64,000 nucleotides of DNA from positions 806,001-870,000 of the forward strand of contig BQFW01000013.1 of assembly GCA_020891255.1 (NCBI GenBank), in the 5' to 3' direction. The first letter of the stretch is position 1. Each line of letters opens with the position of its first letter. Made by a program: the position numbers and the translations under genes. Shown in pieces: positions 1 through 10,013 of the stretch. Source of the stretch: Entomortierella parvispora E1425. Taxonomy: Eukaryota; Fungi; Mortierellomycota. The notes beneath the pieces were generated by a model. That model was not told the DNA's origin. It searched no databases and saw only the letters and a program-made list of their open reading frames with translations.

Positions 1-2295
1 GAGATACTGACTCTGGCAGGTAACAATGATCTTGATCTCCTCGCTCATCTTGTTTTCAGAGTACAGGTTGCACCACTTTTGGCACTCTTCATATCTATCG
101 CAGATCAAAATAATGGGTCGCCTGGATCGCCTCAGTTCTGAAAGATGGCTCTCTGAAAACGAGACTTCGCCAAGACCCCCCAGGTGCTGCTGGATCAACT
201 TGTCCCCCAAAGTCTCGAGGGTCGTGAGATCGATGAACAAAGGAATGGGATCCCCAGCCTGGTAACCGAGCCAAAGCTCATGTTCCAATGCTAAAGCGAA
301 CGCGGACTTTCCCGACTCTGCTTCACCATGGATCAACATGACGGCAGCTTTGCTCTGGAGGAAATCTTTGACGCGCTGATGAAGAGGCACAGGGCTGTCC
401 TTGTCATCTGGAAGGCGGAGACTTCTTTTGCATATCAGCTCAATCGAGTCGGAGGGCTGCTCATAGTCACGGATGCGAATACGTCGAAGGCGGTCTATCA
501 CAAGCTCCAGATCCAGTTTATCGTCCACTTTTTTCAAAAGGATGGAGGATTTCGGCAGCTCCAGATGTCTTCGCAGTGGGTATGGGAAAGAGAGGGCCGT
601 GTTCCCATCGGACTTTAGATCTTGGGCCAGATCGCCTGCCTGCTTCTTGATTTCAGCATCCTCCTGTTCATTGCTGGAAGAATACGAGGGGGCATAGGAG
701 GAGGCAGAGAGACTGGAGATGGTTGCCAGGATGGTCAGGATCCAACTCTGAACAGAGCGGTAGGTTTCCGAGGATGCCATGGCTCTGTACAGCACCCCCA
801 GGAATTTCAGAGCCTGCTCCCTGTTGTCTCTCTTCCAAGCAGAATCGACTGCGATATCGCCGAGGAGCTGTGCGATACCCCAGAGGAACAAGGGATCATC
901 TCGGCATGGGGCAGTGGAAACGAGTTCGTTGAAATCTGCTAGCCGACCCTTGGCCACAAGTCTTTCTGCGCCTCGCAGGCCAACGTACCAGGGATGGCGA
1001 CGTTTGGCACCCAAGCTGAAGAGCCCCTTCCCGTCCTCTATCAAGGTCTTTGCATCTTCCCAACCTGACGACACAAAGTCATAAAACTCGCCCACGTCCT
1101 TTTGAATCGCCTGTAGACCCTCCATAAATCCTTGAAAGTCCAACTGAACCACCGCCGAGAGCTTGACGACCCCACCCACCACACCCTCAAGGTGCCGAAG
1201 ACCGCATTGAAGGGTGGTCTCCCCATTGGGCACCCACTGCAGAGCCTGGTAGGCGTACAGGGCCTGGAACTTCAAGAACGGGTCCTCTTTGTTTCTCAAA
1301 TCTGACAACAATTCCAGAACGGGATCATGGTCACTGACCCGATCGAGGCCTTCAATCTCTAGACCTCCCACCACTTTTTCGTCCACGATCGAGTTGAGGA
1401 TCGTGGCGACGGTGACGGTCAGGTAAAACAGGTATTCGTCCAACTTTTGGTCCCGGGATCGGATGACGCGGAGGATCAGAGTGAAATCGTCAGATCTCAG
1501 GTAGCCAGGCTTGGCGTCTTGGATCAGTTGGGTCAAGCCGCGGAGGAGCTCAACATTGAGAATGGTATCCTGTTTGAACTCTTCCAAGAGTCGGTTGAGG
1601 AGGGTTCGGTATTGATCCTTGTCGAGAACAGGTCCAACAAGGACAATCTCTCGTAGAGCCTCGTCGCTCTTGGAAGGGTGGAGAATAAATTGGTTGATGA
1701 CTTCAGTCAGCAGTTTCTGAAGGTGCTCCTTCTCAAGAGGGTTCCTGTCCATTTCCTGGGTCCATTCTAACTGGGCAGGGGTGAGCGTGGGCAAAAGTGC
1801 TGGCGACGGTGCTGGTGGTGTTGATGGGGTTGGAGTAGGGGGTCGCGAAATGGAGGACGAAGACGGGGTCGCTGACGCTGCGGCGACCTCTTTAGCCTGT
1901 ACAAGGAGGTGATGATAGGAGACAAGTTGAGAGGTATCCCGAATGTACCCCACCATCTCTGGCGGTTCAATCTCTGTGTCGTTCAGAGGAACATTGTTGG
2001 GAAAGATGCCAAGGGCAATATCATGCACTTTTGCCTTCCTGTGGGGAGTAGAGGGTTTTGGTTGCGATGGGTTATTGAGTGAAGGAGATTGGGCCTTTGA
2101 CTTGCCAGCAGGAGAAGCAAGAGAAGATGAGGCTGCAGCGACGACTGTGGAGTCGCTGCTAGGATTGCTCTGTTGACCATGTGTTGCAACGGGAGGGGTA
2201 GCTCTCTTCTTGGAGAAAAGCGAAAAGATCGACTTTTTCTTGCCCACGGAAGAGTGAGGTGTCTCTGTCGCCAGGGGTGGGGTACCAACTGTCAT
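1..2295 (-). CDS. NLR-like NACHT NTPase with N-terminal helical (Arm-like) domain; runs off the window edge (3' truncated), C-terminal WD40 repeats expected outside the window
   Basis: Hand translation gives a stop-free frame of 765 codons from ATG 2295 to the window edge (absent from the ORF track because no stop is in the window). S/P-rich N-terminus, IFPNNVP, WYVGLR...PCRDDPLFLWGIAQLLGDIA helical block, Walker A GEAESGKS (~303-326), PIPLFIDL, ILICDRYEE (Walker B-like), IIVTCQSQYL. Family assignment is from motif recognition, not a search. Confidence 0.8.
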   Translation of the reverse strand, partial: MTVGTPPLATETPHSSVGKKKSIFSLFSKKRATPPVATHGQQSNPSSDSTVVAAASSSLASPAGKSKAQSPSLNNPSQPKPSTPHRKAKVHDIALGIFPNNVPLNDTEIEPPEMVGYIRDTSQLVSYHHLLVQAKEVAAASATPSSSSISRPPTPTPSTPPAPSPALLPTLTPAQLEWTQEMDRNPLEKEHLQKLLTEVINQFILHPSKSDEALREIVLVGPVLDKDQYRTLLNRLLEEFKQDTILNVELLRGLTQLIQDAKPGYLRSDDFTLILRVIRSRDQKLDEYLFYLTVTVATILNSIVDEKVVGGLEIEGLDRVSDHDPVLELLSDLRNKEDPFLKFQALYAYQALQWVPNGETTLQCGLRHLEGVVGGVVKLSAVVQLDFQGFMEGLQAIQKDVGEFYDFVSSGWEDAKTLIEDGKGLFSLGAKRRHPWYVGLRGAERLVAKGRLADFNELVSTAPCRDDPLFLWGIAQLLGDIAVDSAWKRDNREQALKFLGVLYRAMASSETYRSVQSWILTILATISSLSASSYAPSYSSSNEQEDAEIKKQAGDLAQDLKSDGNTALSFPYPLRRHLELPKSSILLKKVDDKLDLELVIDRLRRIRIRDYEQPSDSIELICKRSLRLPDDKDSPVPLHQRVKDFLQSKAAVMLIHGEAESGKSAFALALEHELWLGYQAGDPIPLFIDLTTLETLGDKLIQQHLGGLGEVSFSESHLSELRRSRRPIILICDRYEECQKWCNLYSENKMSEEIKIIVTCQSQYL

Positions 2296-3690
2296 GGTAA
2301 AGGTCTTGAGGAGCAGTTGAAAGCTTGGGGAAGGGATGACAGGGGTTTACAGCCCAAGGACAATATCTATCATCGAGAGAGGGTGGTCAGAGGCTTTGGA
2401 GAACGCCAGCGCACCCGGATCAATTGTGCAATGACATGCAATTGAGCAACCCACCTCGGCTGTCGATTTACGACAAAGGATGGCACTGCTCCTTGATGAT
2501 GGTCTCGGCACTTGTAGGTCTTGAAGATTAAGTACCTAGCGCCTGAACGAATGCCAGTCAGAGGTACGCGCCAAAGATCATTCCTTCCCTCCGTTTGGCA
2601 GGATAACAAACTTGGTTTCTGTGCTATGCGGACGTACCCCTGATATCAAAATTTGGATTGGCCCGTGGGTTGTTGTTTGTGATCAGTCGAAGACCAAAGG
2701 GATGAGATTACAATGTGGCAATGGCAATGGCAGATGTGCGAAAACGGATGAAGAGATGAGGGCGGTCGACTCGAATGGCAAAGCACGAGGAGCCATCCCA
2801 TCTCGCAGCTGTGGCTTCGAGAAGGGGGCACAAGAGCCCTTCCTCTGTATCCATCTGCTTTTTTCACCTGGGTAGCACAAGATGATGAGATGATGGTGAA
2901 GAAGAAAGTGCCTTGGTGGAGTGACCTGCAGCAGGGGTACTTTGTTGCCACAATGCAATCTACTGTTGGTGTCGACTGGGCGCAGGAGAGCGTGCGCGCG
3001 AGCAAAGAGTCCAGTCGGCACTTGTCCTTGCCTTTCTTTTCTCGTCTGTGCACAGGACAACAACTTGTGCCTTGTAGATCTTTTTTTTTTCTTCTCGTTT
3101 TCTACTCATCCATCCTTTCTTCGGCATCCCCCTTTCTTCTTTCCTTCCTTCCATTCCTCTAGCTATGTTCTTGAGAACCAGTCTTATCAATCAAAAATTG
3201 GTGACCGTGTGGACAGCTGGGAAGGTTGTTGTCCTTGATCGGAACGCGTCCAAAAGAACGCGTGCCTTTGACCTTTTCTGTAGTTGTTTGACGCACGTCG
3301 CGCAAGAATTTGAAAAAAAAAAAATCTCGATTTTGATCAATTGCTGTTTGCTTGCAAAGTTTCCCTGCTTTATGCATTTCTGGCTGTATTGTCGTATAAC
3401 TGAGGGTGGAGTTATATTCTTGCGATGGAAGCCTTGGTTACGATTGAAACAAATCCTTAAGCCACGACAGAGGGATCTGTGATCAAAGGATTTCGTCTTG
3501 GCGAGGTTGCTGACAGTCCGCCTTGAACAGCTACAGAATGGAAGAACTCAGTGAACTCAGCACAACTAAGCTGACGTCGCAACCTGCATTCAATACAACC
3601 CCCCCCCCCCCCCCAAAAAAAAATGACATAGAATAAAGGGAAAACCTACAGTCCAGATACTGATTCCGCCGGAAAACCAGTCTTAAGATG
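2126..3690. repeat. Segment duplicated in inverted orientation at ~48600-49911 (NACHT 5' end and upstream region, 3' flank of the microexon gene)
   Basis: Long matching blocks, e.g. 3410-3560 vs 48610-48760; ORF-track translations 2921..3238(+) and 48768..49205(-) share LPQCNLLLVSTGxRRACARAK. Confidence 0.9.
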
Positions 3691-3697
3691 ACCCAAC

Positions 3698-6600
3698 CTA
3701 GTTGTCGCTGGAAAATTGAGATTCAACCAGAGAGGAATATAGGAGCAAGATCATCATATTGGTCACAATCTTGCAATTACAAATGTCACGTCTTCATCTT
3801 TATGAGCAAATTAGCCAGTCGAGTTTGACGTACCTCCTAATTGAGAAGACCAGAAACATCAGGGAGAAATACAGGTAGCCATGTCAGTTCCAATGATGCA
3901 ATTGTCATGTCTTGGTCGTTATGAGCAGTTAACAAGCTTCACGTACTCGCTGATGAAGAACAGAAACGCAAGGGAGAAGTACAGGTAGCCATGTCAGTTC
4001 CAATGATGCAATTGTCATGTCTTGGTCGTTATGAGCAGTTAACAAGCTTCACGTACTCGCTGATGAAGAACAGAAACGCAAGGGAGAAGTACAGGTAGCC
4101 ACGTTAGTTCCAATGTTGCAGTTGTTTGTCTTCGTCGTTATGAGCAATTAGTAGGCTTGTCTTACAGGCTGATTGAGAAGAACAGAAACGCCAGGGATAA
4201 TTACAGGTGGCCATGTTAGTTCAATCTTGCAAGTGCTATGTCTTCGTCGTTATGAGCAATTAGTAGGCTTGTCTTACAGGCTGATTGAGAGGAACAGAAA
4301 CACCAGGGAGAATTACAGGTGGCCATGTTAGTTCAATCTTGCAAGTGCTATGTCTTCGTCATTACGAGAGCTTGACGTACCGGCTGATTGAGAAGAGCAG
4401 AAACACCAGGGTGAAATACAGGTGGCCATGTTAGTTCCAATGTTGTAATTTTCATGTCTTCGTCGTTACGGGCAATTAGTAGGCTTGTCTTACAGGCTGA
4501 TTGAGAAGAACAGAAACGCCAAGGAGAAATACAGGGGGCCATGTTAGTTCCAATCTTGCAATTGTCATGTCTTCGTCGTTATGAGCAATTAGTAGGCTTG
4601 TCTTATAATACAGTACATGCTGATTGAGAAGAACAGAAACAGCAGGGAGAAATACAGGTAGCCAGCCATTTTAGTTCCAATGTTGCAATTGTCATGTCTT
4701 CTTTGTTACGGGCAATCAGTAGGCCTGTCTTACAGGCTGATTGAGAAGAACAGAAATGCCAAGGAGAAATACAGATGGCCATGTTAGTTCCAATGTTGCA
4801 GTTGTCATGTCCTCGTCGTTATGAGCAATTAGCAAGCTCGACGTACCCCCTAATTTAGAAAAGAAACACCAAGGAGAAACACAGGTTGCCATGTTAGCTC
4901 TAACACTGCAATTGCCATGTCTTCCTCGTTACGAACAATGAGCAAACTTGACGCACTTCCTAATTGAGAAGAACATAAACGCCAGGGAGAAATACAGGTT
5001 GCCATGTGAGTTCTAATGTTGCAATTGTCATGTCTTCGTCATTGCGAGCAATTGGTAGGCTTGTCTTACGAGCTGATTGAGAAGAACATAAACACCAAGG
5101 AGAAATACAGATGGCCGTGTTAGTTCCAATCTTGCAATTGTCATGTCATCGTCGTTATGAGCAATTAGTAGGCCTCTCTTACGTGCTGATTGAGAAGAAC
5201 AGAAACAACAAGGAGAAATACATGTAACCATGTTAGTTCCAATCTTGCGATTGTCATGTCTTCGTCGTTACGAGCAATGAGCAAACTTGACGTACTCCCT
5301 AATTGAGAAAAACAGAAACACCAGGGAGAAATACAGGTGGCCACGTTAGTTCCAATGTTGTAATTTTCATGTCTTCGTCATTACAAGCAATTAGTAGGCT
5401 TGTCTTACGAGCTGATTGAGAAGAACAGAAACACCAAGGAGAAATACAGATGGCTATGTTAGTTCCAATGTTGCAGTTGTCATGTCTTCGTCGTTATGAG
5501 CAATTAGTAGGCTTGTCTTACAGGCTGATTGAGAAGAACAGAAACGTCAGCGAGAAATACAGGTTGCCATGTGAGTTCCAACGTTGCAATTGTCATATCT
5601 TCGTCGTTATGAGCAATTAGTAAGCATGTCTTACACCCTGATTAAGAAGAACGGAAACACCAGGTATAAGTACAGGTGGCCATGTGAGTTCCAACGTTGC
5701 AGTTGTTATGTCTTCGTCGTTATGAGCAATTAGTAGTCCTGTCTTACGTGCTGATTGAGAAGAACAGAAACACCAAGGAGACATACATGTGACCATGTTA
5801 GTTTTAATGTTGCAATTGTCATGTCTTCGTCGTTACGAGCAACGAGCAAGCTAGACGTACTTGCTGATTAAGAAGAGCAGAAACGCCAAGGAGAAATACA
5901 GGTTGCCATGTTAGTTCCAATGATGCAACTGTCATGTCTTCGTCGTTAAGAGCAATTAGTAGGCTTATCTTACAAACTGATTGATAAAAACAGAAACGCC
6001 AGGGAGAAATGCAGATGGCCATGTTAGTTCCAGTGTTGCAATTGTCATGTCTTCGTCGGTATGAGCAATTAGAAAACTTGACGCACCCCCTAATTTAGAA
6101 TTTAGAAAATAAACAACAAGGAGAAACACAAGTTGCCATGTTAGTTCCAATCTTCCAATTGTCATGTCTTCCTCGCTACGAACAGTGAGCAAACTTGACG
6201 TACTCCCTAATTGAGAAAAACAGAAAGACCAGGGAGAAGTACAGGTTGCCATATGAGTTCCAATATTGCAATTGTCATGTCTTTGTTGTCACGAGCAATT
6301 AGCAAGCTAGACGTACTCGCTGATTAAGAAGAACAGAAACACCAGGAGAGGTACGGGTGGCTATGTTAGTTCCAGTATTGTAATTGCCGTGTCTTCATAG
6401 TTATGAGCAATCAGTAGGCTTGTCTTACAGCCTGATTGAGAAGAACAGAAACACCAGGGAGAAGTACAGGTGGCCATGTTAGTTCCAATCTTTCAATTGT
6501 TGTCTTCGTCGTTTTGAGCTATTATCTAACTTGACATACACGCTAGTTGAGAAGAACAGAAACACCAGGGAGAAATACAGGTGGCCATGTTAGTTCCAAT

Positions 6601-7127
6601 GTTGCAATTGTCGTGTCTTCGTCGTAATGAGGAATTAACAAGCTAGACGTACTCCCTAATTGACAAGAACAGAAACACCAGGGAGAAATACAGGTAGCCA
6701 TGTTAGTTCCAATCTTGCAGTTGACGTGTCTTCGTCATGATGAGCAGTTAACAAGCTTCACGTACTTGCTGATTAAGAAGACCAGAGGCGCCAAGTAGAA
6801 ATTCAGATGGCTATGTTAGTTCCAATGTTGCAATTGTTATGTCTTCGTCGCTATGAGCAATTAGTAGGCTTGTCTTACATCCTGATTGAGAAGAACAGAA
6901 ACACCAGGGAGAAATACATGTAACCACGTTAATTCCAAAATCTTGCCATTGCTTTGTTTTTGTCGGTACGAATAATATAGGACGGGTTGTCTTAATCGAC
7001 AGCAGGTGTTCATCAAGAGGCGCCTGTAGTTTTGCGATTTTCTTTTTTTTTTCTATTCAACTTACGTTGGAGCAGCCATGGTGACACCTAGAAAGGCAAC
7101 AAGGACAAGAAGGAATTTGATTTTCAT
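3698..7127 (-). CDS. Small secreted peptide gene built from 28 three-nucleotide microexons (copy 1, predicted 51 aa)
   Basis: Exon 1 7127-7066 (MKIKFLLVLVAFLGVTMAAP+AC, then GTAAGT). Microexons flanked by AG/GT, in gene order (lowest coordinate): GAT6879 CAA6766 GGA6653 CGT6540 GCT6429 CGA6317 GGA6204 GGG6087 TTT5974 CAA5861 CAC5748 GGT5635 CCT5522 CTC5409 GGA5296 CAC5183 CTC5070 GAA4957 GGG4847 CCT4734 CAT4617 CCT4494 CCG4381 CCT4278 CCT4166 CGA4057 CGA3947 GAG3834. Last coding exon 3707-3698 (TTTTCCAG|C GAC AAC TAG). The joined frame has no internal stop. Confidence 0.8.
3780..6950 (-). repeat. Tandem array of ~113-bp units (28 copies), each unit = one intron + one 3-nt exon
   Basis: Minus-strand consensus GTAAGACAAGCCTACTAATTGCTCATAACGACGAAGACATGACAATTGCAACATTGGAACTAACATGGCCACCTGTATTTCTCCCTGGTGTTTCTGTTCTTCTCAATCAG-NNN; most periods are 110-113 bp, range about 103-123. 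Confidence 0.97.
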
Positions 7128-7835
7128 TGTAAGGTGAGTGGAGCTGGATTGTGTGTAAAGTAGTTCGAACAAGGACAGGATGGAAGGAAAGGTGTGGATA
7201 AAGCGATGGTCGTCGCACAAAGTAAACGGTGTATAAAAGAAAATCAGGGACCAAGATCAAAACTGGCATTGTTTTTCAGGAGATGATTAAAGGGGCACCA
7301 CCCTCCTTGCCCTTACTTTCCCGGAGGGAGCACTCAAGGTCAGATTACAGTCGTGCACTTTTACTCAGTTGCGAATGTCAAATCGCGGCAGCAAGTTTTT
7401 TTTCCCTTCAGAAAATGGTTGACGTCAACTGCTGGCTGTGGAGAGCATGAAGAAGGCACCTGATTCAGTGGAGATGACTGGCGTGTTTCTGTGAGTCGTC
7501 ATTACTTCTTGCTAAGTTCTGACCCTCATCCCCTCAAACCAAACGTGCCCCCTGCAACACATCCTCAAAAAAAAAAAAAAAAAAAAAAAATGGCGTTACC
7601 TGTCGCCAATGATGCTGAGAGTGGTCCTCCTCCTCCACTTCCATTTCCTTTCTCTGCTCCCGCTCATGCTCCCCCTCAGTGGTTGTCATCGCTGACTCGT
7701 ACTTCTGTCCTTTTATCTTTAACAGTGTCTGAAAAGATGGCCCAAGTTGTTCATAAATTATAGCATGATAGGCTTTGCTTTGTGAATTCTACTTTTGAGG
7801 ATGCTAGTTGCAACTAAAGGACAGAGGTGAGGTAG

Positions 7836-8165
7836 ATCAGCTCCTGGTTACAGCCTCACACGCCTCGAGTTTCCTGAAAAAAACGAGGGAACAGTGGCTA
7901 CGTGTTTTGATAATGGCACAGGACAGGACGATGATGACAACAGACAAGGGCACTTCTCTCTTTTTCTCATCTTTTGCGCTGCACCCTTGACAGCTTGCCA
8001 ATAAAAGAGGTTCGCCATCATTCTTCTTGGATCTTTTCGGCCTCTTTCCTTCCCTTTGGTCTTCAACAGTTGCCCTCCAATGAACTAGTCCACCTCACAA
8101 CCCTCTTGTCTTCGGATCGTCGAAAAGGTCAACGGTTTCCAGAATTCACCACATCCTGACACTGC
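7836..8165 (+). repeat. Left arm of a diverged long inverted repeat (partner 9740-10013)
   Basis: 8000-8125 aligns to the reverse complement of 9790-9915 (ORF-track peptides HHSSWIFSASFLxFGLQQLPSNExVHLTT occur on opposite strands); weaker similarity extends to ~7836/10013. Confidence 0.8.
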
Positions 8166-8199
8166 GTCAGGACTTTACACCAAGATGTTACGCCACCTG

Positions 8200-9737
8200 C
8201 GCTTCGTGCCCAGAGTGCTGTCATGTTGCTCCGGCTTTTGACTCTGGCCAATGGTTGCTATCTTTCGAATACGAACTGGCTTGGACAACCATGAATGAAA
8301 ACCTGGATGAACCATTTTTCTTTATTTGCAGCATTCCATCCTATAACGTACTGTCAGGCCTCTCCTCTTCCAAGAATTCTGCTGTTATTCGCGAGCTAAT
8401 TGAAATACCGCCTTGTCCATCAACAGGACAAACGGTCCCTTCAGCGTATCGATCACTGGGACCTTGGGCATCTTCAGCGCTTTCTCCGCCTCATCGTCGT
8501 CGTCATCTTCACCATAGTTGATCATCTCCAGTTCGTCCACGTCCTCCTGCCGCAATCCCATGCCCTTCAGCCCCTTGGCAATTCGACCATGATCCCTCTC
8601 CACTGTAATCTTCTCGACAGATGGGGTTGCGGATGACACAGACGATGAAGAGCTGCTAATCCGTGCCATCTCGCGAACCTCTTCTCTCTTCCGCTCCTGG
8701 ATCTGTCCGAAATAGGTCTGCAGGGCAACCGTCTCCTGCTCGAGTTCTGCCCATTAAGACTGGTCCACATTATCGCGCACAGAGTATCAAGTCCACAGAG
8801 ACCCGGAGCTCTTCTTCCGTCTTGTAGTTGATCCGAGTTCTTGCGTAACCTGTCCTCAAGAATGTCAGGATACTCTCGATCCATTCCAACAGGTCGTGGA
8901 AGAGTCCATCGTCTTGCTTGTGCACCGAGTGTACAAACTTGTAAAAGCTTGGAAGATGTTTCCTGACCAAGTTCAAGTATAAGGATGCGGTCTAGGGCTT
9001 TCCACTGCGGCCATCTATGACAAAATAAAACGACATAGAGCTTTAGTATCGAATTCCTTGATTGACAGACCGTGAAAACACCTCTGTTCTCATTCTTACC
9101 GTCATTCACATCCACCTGCTCTACAATCTTGATCAGCTCATCCACAAAGTCCTTCACATCCATCAAGCTGTCTGCAACATTCGCTGACTTGTAGACCTGG
9201 ACCAACGGCTGGTAAAAGATCGAGATCAACTCTTTGAAGATCTCTCCCGTCACTCCCTGGAAGACTAAGCCCATCATTCTTTCCTTGTCTCGGATTCGAA
9301 GATGAGTCACCAAAAGCTGTTGCAACTGACGAATCGGGTTCAACTGCTTGGCCCGAGCAGCCTTCTTCTTGCTCGAGGCGGTAGAAGAATGGAATCGACG
9401 TGTCGAACTCTCCTCTGTAGAGGCGATGGATGAGGGCTCGCTGTCACTGTCGCTGTCGCTAAGGTCGACATCCGCCGATTGGTGCCTGGCCAACTTTTCC
9501 AGCAAATCCTTTTCCAACTGTTGCTGGGCATCAAAAACACGTTTGATCTGGGCAGGATTGAGGGTAGGTTGGATAGCATCTGACTTGAGGACATCCATGA
9601 CAAGACCGAGTTGGGTGATATCGTATGGTCCTATAAGCACAGCAACAAATAAGATACAGTCAGAAATCAACCATCAATATTTTCTCCTGCAAGGCGCTAC
9701 CTTTTCGAAAGCACTTACTGTCTTTGGGGATAGTCTT
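8200..9737 (-). pseudogene. 3' fragment duplicate of the PX-domain gene (copy of ~15311-16861), introns and 3' flank retained
   Basis: Highly similar to the 3' exons of 15507-18915 but lacks the 5' half; CAA>TAA nonsense at ~8755 and a small frameshifting deletion at ~8785. Confidence 0.9.
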
Positions 9738-9739
9738 GG

Positions 9740-10013
9740 CTCAATGCCAGGATGCGGTGAATACTTAGAAGCCATGGTCCTTTTTCGCGATACGAGATTC
9801 GAGGGACAAGGGGGTTGTGAGGTGGACAACTTCATTGGAGGGTAGCTGTTGGAGACCAAAGTGAAGGAAAGAAGCCGAAAAAATCCAAGATGAATGATGG
9901 CGAAACTCTTTTGTTAGCAACCACTTCCAAGGGTACAGTGCGAACGATGAGAGGCAGGATAAGAAAAGGGTCGAGAGACAAGAGACGCGTGAGGCTGCAA
10001 CGAGGGACAGATC
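9740..10013 (-). repeat. Right arm of the diverged long inverted repeat
   Basis: Reverse complement of 7836-8165 (see left arm). Confidence 0.8.

Noticed and set aside
3780-6950. CRISPR-like array or protein-coding tandem repeat (ORF-track peptides such as MATCISPW..., IARLELTWPPVF...)
   Set aside because: The variable part is only 3 nt, there are no cas genes and the DNA is eukaryotic. The 113-bp period is not a multiple of 3 and all frames hit stops, so the listed ORFs are by-products of the intron repeat.
3780-6950. WD40-repeat coding array belonging to the NACHT gene
   Set aside because: It lies upstream (5') of the NACHT start, has no GH/WD motifs, and its period does not fit 126-bp WD units.
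8567-9670. 367-aa ORF as an independent gene
   Set aside because: It is a read-through of PX-gene exons into an intron and an off-frame segment of a truncated duplicate.
9720-9776. New first exon (MASKYSPHPGIEPRLSPKT|GTAAGT) making a chimeric gene with the captured PX fragment
   Set aside because: The donor is phase 0 whereas the PX acceptor needs phase 1, so the fusion is out of frame, and the downstream exons carry a stop and a frameshift.
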